DNA of 58,196 nt, filler included, from Squatina squatina (lineage: Eukaryota), in assembly GCA_031763465.1 (NCBI GenBank). It is 3 parts of 3 records of this genome, joined end to end, with 100 filler letters (N's around TTAATTAATTAA, not from the genome) between each part and the next. Parts side by side here need not be neighbours in the genome. Positions count along the whole stretch, not along the records: positions 34,227 to 58,196 come from JARFOE010000004.1; 2 more parts are not named here. The stretch is one strand, 5' to 3'. Positions within the stretch are counted from its first letter, which is position 1, and every line of letters begins with the position of its first letter. A program made the position numbers and the translations under genes. Shown piece by piece: positions 48,975 through 58,196 of this stretch. The notes below the pieces were generated by a model, which was not told where the DNA came from, searched no databases, and saw only the letters and a list, made by a program, of their open reading frames with translations.

Positions 48975-49240
48975 TATACAGGCCAGGGAAGTTCAAATTC
49001 AATTCCCTGTCCATGATGAGTTAGCTTAGCTCAACCAAAAAAGTGGCATGGGGAGCTACCAGTGGCCTCAGTATTACAGAGGGAAAGAGAGATCATGGCT
49101 CATGATTTTTATACGACAACCCCCGCTAGACATACACATGTGGAGCTGGATGAGGTCAGGATTATACTCGGCTGTGACAACACATGGTGGTCAAACAACC
49201 CATAACTGTCGAGGCTTACACATAAATAGTGGCTGACACC
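48975..49240 (+). mobile_element. Ancient SINE-like repeat (same family as 38590)
   Basis: gagttagcttagctc..tggcctcagtatt..atgaggtcaggattatactcggctgtga. Confidence 0.5.
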
Positions 49241-50299
49241 CTGGAAGCCAATAAGCACCTGTGAAACTGCACCACAGCTTCAGGAAAGGAATAAAGAAAA
49301 TTTGGCTAGAGAAAAAAGTGTTGCAGACAAGCAGTCATACTTTATTACTAATGTGTTTATTTTGGAGAAAGTCATACACTTTCAGGACTTATTTTTCTAC
49401 TTTGGGATGCTATGAACTTGTACACAAATCATGGCACAGGGGATTAAAATCAGGCCACAACATGAGAATCACGGCTCCAGACTAACTGTTGACATGTGGT
49501 AATAGATTTAAATTATTGGTCAGTACATCTTTTACACGCACGTATGTTATACATATTGATTTGAATGATTTATTGCCCAATGTTGGTACCCAAATTTTAA
49601 TGCCCTCACACGCCCCTCCCCCCATGCTCATCCTCAGAAAGGTTATTTGTCCATCAATCACAGTTGTAAAAGGTCAGGTTTTGCTACATGTAAACTCACA
49701 AGTGCACATTAAACCTTTCAATGGTGATTTTTTTTCTGCTGCTTTCAGAAATAAATGTTCATACAAAATGTATATTTCTGTAAATTTGCAGTGCTGAATT
49801 TTATATGATAAACAGAATGGAAAAAACAATCACAAAAATAGAGCATCACAAGGCCATTAAAAGTCCAAATAAACACACCTCATTATAGTTTTCCAAACAA
49901 ACAAGTCACCTACCCCGAGGGTTGAATAGTCACTACATTCTGAGTGCATATTTAACAGTCCATTACCCCCACTCCACCGAGCCTTCACTCCAGCATAAAA
50001 TTGACTCCACTTCAAATTTATCCTGTGCAAAGAGAATACTAGAATTAAAACCAGTTAGAGAGAAGCCAACATTAGACTGCCTAGATATATATCTCACACA
50101 TAAAAATAAACAACACTCCCCCATGATACCCTTTCTCACCCTCCTCTTCCCATTCGTACCTGTTCATTCGACTTGTAAAGCTCCTCTGATCAATTCAGCT
50201 ACTCAATGAATTATTTGAATCAATAAATTTCTGTTTTGCCCCACTTTAAACTAATATTCTCCCCACCCTTTTGGGTCACTTTTATGTTATGAACAATAT

Positions 50300-50412
50300 G
50301 ATTTCCAAAAGGCATTTCATAAAGTTCCATAAGCAGGGTTACTAATGAAACGCAAAGCTGTGGGGATTCAAGGCAAAACTTGGGTATGGATGGGAAATTG
50401 GCTAAAGGATAA
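50300..50412 (+). mobile_element. CR1 RT fragment
   Basis: gatttccaaaaggcatttcataaagttcca..tggatgggaaattggcta (DFQKAF.KVP / WMGNWL). Confidence 0.8.
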
Positions 50413-51187
50413 AAAAAGCCTGAGCCTTATAAAGTCATTGCCTCAATGCATAGCCCATTACCACCAATCTCCCATGTCCAATGTAAACAAAATGTGTCAT
50501 ATTATTTAGGAGTAGTTGGCATGAGTTACCACACTGNNNNNNNNNNNNNNNNNNNNNNNNNNNNNNNNNNNNNNNNNNNNNNNNNNNNNNNNNNNNNNNN
50601 NNNNNNNNNNNNNNNNNNNNNNNNNNNNNNNNNNNNAGTAGAGGCATCTACTAATCTTCAACTAGTTCCGAGTGAGCACAAATTTACAGCCTGAAACTGC
50701 AACTATTGAAATCTCACTCCAGAAGAATCCCAGGTTGGCTGGTGCGGTAAATGGAAATGTCACACTGGTGAAGTTAGCTCTTTTCTTCTCAGTTAGAGTA
50801 AGGCACGTTGTTGAACGTGCTTTTCTCTGCTACTTTCCAACTCGGAGACCAAAAGTGACAAAAATGTCATCAACGATGGCATCCTTCACCTTGATTAAAC
50901 TAAATAGGAGTGAACATCCACGGGGTCCTCACGCTCGTTCACTGGACCTTCAGCGGAAGAGCTCTGAAAGCCTCTAAAAGATGGAGAAACCGCTCCCACC
51001 CATCCAGAAAATTCAACCCCAAGATTTATGAACAAAAAACAAATTAAAATTGTTAATTTAGATTGCAATATTTTGAATAACAAATGTGTAAATCTGAGAT
51101 TGATACTGGAACTGTTCTGGAATGTTTGCACACCGCAAGTAACACCATTAGCCCTTCCCGGTTTCTTCTTTCACTGAGGAGTTAGAA

Positions 51188-51592
51188 AGAATTTGTATTT
51201 ATAGGGCTCCTTTCACAATCTCAGAACACCCCAAAGTGTAGTGTAGTCACTTTGTAATGTAGGGAGACACAGCATCCAATTTTCACACAGTAATATCCCA
51301 CAAATTGTAATAATATAAGTGATCAGATAATCTGTTTTTAGTTGTGTTGGTTGAAGGAATAAATGTCAGTCAGGACAAGAGGACAACTCCCCACGAAAAG
51401 TATCACAGGATCTTTTAAGGGCAAACGGGGCCTCGGTTTAATGTCGAGAGATGGCATATCCGACAGTGAAGCATCCTTCAGTACGGCACTGAAGTGTCAG
51501 CCTAGGTTATATGCTCAACTCTCTGGAGCAGGGCTTGAACTCACAACCATCTGACTCAGAGGAAAGTGTGTTACTACTGAGCCAAGTCTGAC
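51188..51592 (-). mobile_element. tRNA-derived SINE (same family as 23866)
   Basis: ttgtatttatagggctcctttcac tail through cttgaactcacaaccatctgactcagaggaaagtgtgttactactgagcca head. Confidence 0.8.
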
Positions 51593-54294
51593 ACCTATTA
51601 AGGAAGGGAAACGGGAGGAGATACAAGACATTGTTCAACCATATTCCCTTCATGTGTTTATTATTAGACATTCTACTATTACAACAAACAAAAATGTGAA
51701 AAAAAGCACACTGCATAACTAAATTGTAATTTTTTTTTAAAAACTTTATTTATTGTTAGTCTCCCCCAATGATTACTTTCTCTCGCTGCCCCCTACCCCT
51801 GTGGTCTTTGTACTTCTCGTTACTAGCAGGCTCCAATTCTTGACCTGTCACTTGCCTAGCCCTCTTGTGTTTTCTTTGTATCTTGCCCTCCCACCAGCTC
51901 ACGTTTTCTGTCCCACTGGCTCTACAGCCAGGTAATAACCAACACTTCAAACAACTAAACGTCATACCTCACCGAACATATCAGAATACACCAAGCCCAC
52001 TTCTGGAGTACTAAATTTGCTTGAAATAAGTGTTATGCACACCTTTACTTGACTGAAACATACTAATTACGCAGAGTATTAATAAAATATGCAATGGAGC
52101 ACAACACTTTACCAAATACTTATACCAATGTGGGTGAGGCCTCTATAAACCTTAAATGGCCTGAAATCATTTGTTAAGATTGGTAAACCATAGAGTACTC
52201 TGTGCATTCTCAATAGAGAATTTCTTAGATAATAATCTCTAAACAAAAAAAATGTTATAAAGTAGTTTAAATCTAGATGTAACTATGGTGAGTTAAACAC
52301 CAAAGTTACTCCAATTATCTTCTTTGGGAGAGACAAAGTGAAGCAGACACCTATGTAGCATAACAGAATGTGATCAGCTACTCTTACTACAAAGTCAAGT
52401 ACCTCCGCTGCCCCCCCGCGCCCTCCCCACCCCACAGACACTCCACGTGAACAGGTATTTGTCAATCTCACTACGATTATTCAGTTTAATGGAATGCACA
52501 TTGAAAACAGCTTTTTAAAAAGCTGCCTTTTAAAATACTCAATAAATATCTTTTTCTGTTATTATTCTGGATTACCCTCCCCCCATCTTGTTCTCAAAAG
52601 TGATGTTTTTAAGTCAAATCTTTACTTTGGCCACACCCTTGCTATAAACTAGACATTACCTTATGCAAGTATGAATCTGCCGCATTCCTCTGTCTAGCTG
52701 ATGCTGGGTAGATTTTCTACGCTCCTCACACTGCCTGAGTATGTTTTTGTGTACATGATCTCACATGACTCAACAGATCCATCTTGAGTAGATCAGGCCA
52801 AGTTCGGTGCCTTCCCAGGAAGGAAGAGAGGAGTTACTTTGTAAAGAGACCTGAAGCAAAGCCCTTTCGCTGGCTCAAATTACCCACTTGTCAGGCCTGA
52901 TGGATTTGGCTAAAAATAAAAGGAAACCGCCCGAGAAAAGCAGATGAATGAGCTTAGCAGATCCTTAAATAGGCCGTGCCACTGCTCCGGCTCAAAGCAA
53001 GTGATTTCCAAACACGTCCTCGCATGCTGTACTTGTATGGCTACTGACACACAGGTTACAATCTCACTACAGCTAGGAGGGTGCAGATGTGAAGCTTGAT
53101 TAAGTTGAACTGTTCCGAGATATAACAGTTAGTGCTGGTTATAGTAAGAAAACAATAAGTGTAAAAACATTTTNNNNNNNNNNNNNNNNNNNNNNNNNNN
53201 NNNNNNNNNNNNNNNNNNNNNNNNNNNNNNNNNCGCCAACCAAAAATAAACACACGATTTGCTGGTGTGCACATAATAACAACTCAAAAGCCTGACACCA
53301 ACCAAAGGACACTGAAAAGTGATGCAAGGATTACAATCCCAGATTCGTAAACACTTTTTTCTCTCGGAAGCATATGCCATATGTTTGGCTTTTCCACAGG
53401 CCATACGGGTGTTTCAGGATGCCATCTGGTTCCTATATGCAATGATAACTGTACTTCCCATAGCAGCAATAGAATGTTGGCATGATTATTCCTCTAATTC
53501 CGACTGCTCCCAAAGCAAACTTCACCTCACCTAATATAAAACTCTAAACATTTCTTGCCTTAATTACTCAGACAGGAAAGGCACCTTTTTAATGCAGCAC
53601 GTAGAATATGAAGAGGAAAACTGCAGCAAGAAGATGAAGTCACTGACACTACCAGACAGTGAACAGTGAAGCTAAGCACAGCACAGCACACGTGCACCAT
53701 TTAAAAATAGACACCAATATCTTAGTCCTTATATTATTCTCATACAATGTTAGTCACAGTGAAACAAACAGCCCCTCTTAAAATTGGAAGGTTGCATGGT
53801 GACCAAAGACAGTATCATAACTAAATACAGAGCCTGCACAGGTTTACCTGTATTTAATAATAGGGGGAGGAAGTGTTCTGGTCGTTATATGCAATGACAT
53901 CATAACCACATTCTTTTTGAAAGCATTTGATACATAGCTATGCAAAAATAACAAGAGCAGTTCTCCCCCAGAGGTCTTAGATGAAGATAAATCCCCAACC
54001 TAAAATTATTAACGGCATGGCGTTTTAAACCTTCTTATAGAAATGCAATAATTCTGGGAAGTTAAGCATCCTAATTGTGACTTTAATTAGTGCAGCAGTT
54101 TACACGAACAAGAGAGGATGATCTAATTTTAGCTATAAGATTTTAGATATGGGCGAAGCCAGGATTTTGAACTTTGATAATTTATTTTAAGGTTAGAGCC
54201 ATGAGCTTCTCAGAAATGACAAACCATTTCACAGGACAGGCTCAGTATGCTGAGCGTTAGTCACTAACACTTAGCGCCACAGAATAGGGACAAA

Positions 54295-54725
54295 TAAATG
54301 TATGGAAGGTACACCGTGGAAACAGGCAATTCAGCCCAGCAGTCCATTTTGGCATTTGCTCTCCATGTGAGCAAATAGTCCAAATCACATTTACCCATCC
54401 TATTCCCATATCCCTTCATCCATCGATTCAATCTAATCTTGAATGTTGACATAGTTTCTGCCTCAACCACTAACCCTGGGAATGAATTCCACAGCCTCAC
54501 GACTCTGTGTGAAGAAGTTTCTCCTGCTCTCAGTTCTAAATCTCTTACATTTAATCTTGAATCTATGCCCCCTCTTTCTTAACCCCTCAACTACAAAAGT
54601 AAATTCATAGAATCTTACAGCACTGAAGGAGGCCATTCGGCCCATTGTGCCTGTTCTAGCTCTTTGAAAGAGCAGTCGTGCTTAGTCCCACATTCCCACT
54701 TTTTGCCAATACCCCTGTAAGTTCC
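54295..54725 (-). mobile_element. Two CR1 3' ends
   Basis: RGHRFKIKCKRFRTESRRNFFTQ / RLWNSFP..FKIRLNRWM; second tail catagaatcttacagcactgaaggaggccattcggcc. Confidence 0.85.
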
Positions 54726-54859
54726 NNNNNNNNNNNNNNNNNNNNNNNNNNNNNNNNNNNNNNNNNNNNNNNNNNNNNNNNNNNNNNNNNNNNNNNNNNN
54801 NNNNNNNNNNNNNNNNNNNNNNNNNTATGAAAGACTTGTATTTACATTACAAAACAGCC

Positions 54860-55075
54860 ATTGGAGGGGAGAGTTTTTGTTCTAAAACGCAGCGAGTTGT
54901 TGTGATCTGGAACGCGCTGTCTGAAAGGGCGGTGGAAGCAGATTCAATAGTAACTTTCAAAAGAGAATTGGATAAATACTTGATAAAGGAATGATTTGCA
55001 GGGCTGCGGGGAAAGAGCAGGGGGAGTGGGACTAATCAGAGAGCTCTTTCATAGAGGCACAAGAGACCATTCTAC
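54860..55075 (+). mobile_element. CR1 3' end
   Basis: acgcagcgagttgttgtgatctggaacgcgctg..ttcaaaagagaattggataaatac..ggggaaagagcagggggagtgggacta. Confidence 0.85.
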
Positions 55076-55204
55076 AATTCCAATCTGCTAACAATCACGC
55101 GCAGAGAGATTCATTGTAGTCATTAGACTTTTCCAGAGCTCTTTTTAGGTGGTAGGGAGGGGTGTGCTGAAAATTATGTCATTACTGAGCAGAACTCCTC
55201 TAAT

Positions 55205-55560
55205 CTAATGCCAGCATCAAGCACTTCTGGTCTGAGAGAACTAGTTGCAGTATAAAGCTCCGGCTAGTCTACCCTAACAATTGTCTCAGCTCAACCTCAT
55301 TAGAACAGCTCCAAACTGCTCCAATGCAAATTTTTCCATTTTACGCTCTGAATAACACTGATCATTTGGTCTTCAATCATTACCCCAGCAGAGGCAGTTT
55401 TGTGATGTGTGCTCGCACCCACGAGTTACTGGGTTGAGACTTCTCAACACATTTTGGTACCTTAAAACCAGCAGAAAGAGCAGACTTTCATTCCATCAGT
55501 CTGGACTGGCCTTCAGGACAGGTTCCAGACATTAAAAAAGCAGTGTTGTACCCAACTCTA
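55205..55560 (-). mobile_element. Ancient LF-SINE-like element
   Basis: gttttgtgatgtgtgctcgcacccacgagttactgggttgagacttctcaacacattt resembles the antisense LF-SINE core as recalled; homologous to 14215-14545. Confidence 0.55.
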
Positions 55561-56089
55561 CCACTTGGAGTTCACCAAAACTTGTTTTGAGGTGTCTCAA
55601 AACCAGCACTGAATGACGTACACATATTCACAGCTCTCACTTCAGCGCTGAGCTAAGTGCAGAACTGAAATAAAATACATGAATAATTGGCCAGTCATAA
55701 TACCTTGGCAGGCAAGTCTTTTTAAACATTTTAAGAAATAAAAAGACTACCACTCTCAGATCAAAGAGTTGTGAAAGTTACCATGGAAGACCAGTAATGG
55801 CGATAATGATTCTAATATGATAAATTTTTTGAAAAACAAAGAAAAAAATTCTTAAATCTGTTACGTGCCTAATAAACTCAGTTACCAGGGCAAAACTCAC
55901 AAATGTGATTTGTGCGAGTATTCCTCAAAATTTTCCCGTAAACCAATCTCCCTCCATGTGAGTGTGTAATCCTTAGTACACTAGTACAGTCTAATCATGT
56001 ATCACTGTAGGAAAGTTTAATTTCTGATTTGTTTGGGCATGGACAAGATGCACACCAAATTCTCAACTTCTCAAAGCACAATGAATGCA

Positions 56090-56560
56090 ATCATGGATGA
56101 CAACAGCACGATTTGCACCTATGTAAAACTTCTCATCCTGCTTCACCTCTCTGCAGCTTTTAACACGGTTGACCACACCTCCATTATCCAGCTCAGTGGG
56201 ACTGCCCTTGGTTAGCTCCACTCTTGCCTATTATTCAATCGTAGCCAGAGCATTTCCAAAAATGTTTTTTCTTCTTACCCCTGTACCATTAGCTCTGGAG
56301 TCTGCCAAGGATCTATCCTTGGCCCCCTATGCTTCATCTTCTTTCTGTACATGTTGCCCCTTGGTGACATCTTCTGAAGACAGGACGTTATCTTCCACAT
56401 GTAAGCTGAGGACACTCAACTCTACCTCTCCACCAGCTCTCTGAACTTCTCCACTGTCTCTGTGTCACTAGACTGCTTGTACAACAACCAGTCCTGGATA
56501 AGCCACCATTTCCTTCAGTTAAACATTGGGATGACCATGACAGAACCTCCACTGAAGAGT
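56090..56560 (+). mobile_element. L2 LINE RT fragment
   Basis: LLILLHLSAAFNTVDH..LSGTALG (L2 'LLDLSAAFDTVDH'); ggagtctgccaaggatctatccttggcccc (GVPQGS-like). Confidence 0.85.
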
Positions 56561-57107
56561 ACCTTTCCATACTGAACATGCTGAGCAGAAAAAAACAGCT
56601 TCNNNNNNNNNNNNNNNNNNNNNNNNNNNNNNNNNNNNNNNNNNNNNNNNNNNNNNNNNNNNNNNNNNNNNNNNNNNNNNNNNNNNNNNNNNNNNNNNNN
56701 NNATGCCAAAATGAACACTGAAGATTGACATGTACTGACATTTGGCTGAAAAAAATCGTAAAATCTTCTGGTATTGTATAAGTCAGGCAGCATTAAATTC
56801 AATCCTTGCTGGACAAACTCCATAAATTAACCAAAAAATTGTTTTATTTGGATGGTTCCACTTATGCATAGATTTGTTTAAACTGCATATCATAGCAATA
56901 CTGGTGGTTTTTTTTGTCTTATGCTTAATTTGTCAAGCCAGTGGATGAGCAAATCAATTTTTCCACATAGCGGCACAAAGAGTAAGCACAGAACGTGGCA
57001 AGTATGATTCAACCTTTTTTATCCAATCAATTACTCCAATCGATTTCATGTCTGACTCACAGAAAACATATAAACATATTACTTATTGTACTTTACTTCT
57101 AAGCTTT

Positions 57108-57535
57108 TGTTTATTGTTCATCGGGATATGGACATCGCTACCGAGACAGCAATTAATGCCCATCCCTAGCAATGTTCCCTGTAACTTTTATTTCAGATGC
57201 GCGGTCCATTAAAATTTTCGCATATGCGTGGTTTCTTCAATGCAGAAGCCTACACGGGACCTCCACACCGCTGCGCAACCACAGACATTGATCCCGAGAT
57301 GCCTTAACTGAGTGGCTTGATAGGCCACTTCAGAGGGCAGTTAAGAGTCATCCACATGTGGGATTGAGTCACATATAGGCCAGACCAGGTAAAAACGGCA
57401 GGTTTCCTTCCCTCAAGAACATAAATGAACCAGTTGTGCTTTTATGATCCAAAAGCTTCATGGTCACTTTTACTGGGACCATTTTTTTTTTCCAGATTTT
57501 TTTTAAAAATGCCGACTTGATGGGATTTAAACTCT
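57108..57535 (-). mobile_element. tRNA-derived SINE interrupted by a MITE
   Basis: Body homologous to 28277-28520; tail homologous to 39440-39500. Confidence 0.7.
57170..57290. mobile_element. hAT-type MITE (121 bp)
   Basis: Termini CAATGT..ACATTG; 8-bp TSD ATCCCTAG (57162-57169) / ATCCCGAG (57291-57298). Confidence 0.7.
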
Positions 57536-57536
57536 C

Positions 57537-57561
57537 GTGTGTGTGTGTGTGTGTGTGTGTG
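57537..57561. repeat. (GT)n microsatellite
   Basis: Directly visible. Confidence 0.95.
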
Positions 57562-58196
57562 CATTCAAATAGCAATCAACAGTCCTGGAATATAGGTCTA
57601 TGACTACTATAGGGTCACTATTTTACAGTCACAAAGTTACATTCTGTTTTACATGAGTCACTGTTTTTGGATCATACCTAAAAATGTTGTCTATGAAAAC
57701 AAGTGGTTATCCTGAGAGTGCAGTGTGACTTGAGCTTGTTGCAGTTTAAACTGCAAGTATGCCGATCCATTGTTTTACAGGGAAAAGCTGAAATACACAA
57801 AAATACGTTTTCCTCAGTGGCAGATCTAGAAAGGGTGTGTTGCCAAGAGCCATGCCCCCAGGAACATTTTGATTTTTGACTTTTGGAGTGAGCTGGGATT
57901 TAGCCATTTGAAATAGTTACACATATTTTAAATGTTAAATTAGTTGTTGCAAGTTGTAATTAATGCTTGATTTTTTTTGTATCATCAAAAGGTAATTTAA
58001 TCACAGAGAATGTCAACATAGAATGCAGCCAATAGTATAGGAACAGCTTATTTCATAATACAGTAGCAGCTCATGGTAATAAGACAGAGACTGTAATGCT
58101 GAAAATAAAATTTCTAGTCTTGCAGTACAGCGTTTACCAGTTCAAAAGAAAGATCGGGTGAATGTTGATCTCTATACCTGTCTGTCATGCAATGCC

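Noticed and set aside
51540-51592. tRNA genes at SINE heads
   Set aside because: A/B-box-like heads continue into SINE bodies and do not form complete cloverleaves.
36000-58196. Upstream BACH2 BTB exon (MSV..YVYESTVHC..)
   Set aside because: Not found in the ORF track or by eye; it probably lies beyond the window or in a gap.

Overview
This is vertebrate genomic DNA, most likely from a shark or other cartilaginous fish (judged from the repeat families), in a heavily fragmented draft assembly. Two artificial 100-nt spacers (44N-TTAATTAATTAA-44N, at 13115-13214 and 34127-34226) split it into three separately assembled blocks, and many 100-N gaps join short contigs. Three genes are visible. (1) The last two exons of METTL2 (minus, 24591-24526 and 23383-23232), which the ORF track misses. 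(2) SKOR2 (plus): the large SKI/SAND exon, broken by a gap and foreign sequence, then two small phase-compatible exons. (3) The large internal exon of BACH2 (minus, 35958-34426), in which about 200 nt of expected coding sequence is replaced by non-coding/SINE DNA. The rest is mostly transposon debris: CR1, L2, Tx1 and RTE LINEs, tRNA-derived SINEs, LF-SINE-like relics, a dead Harbinger transposon and a hAT MITE. Penelope-like element ends carry minimal hammerhead-ribozyme motifs, one with an intact core and a 13-bp target-site duplication. There are also several candidate conserved non-coding enhancers. I found no convincing novel multi-gene system, and gene adjacencies here are probably assembly artefacts. 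All homology calls come from recalled sequences, not database searches, and repeat boundaries are approximate.
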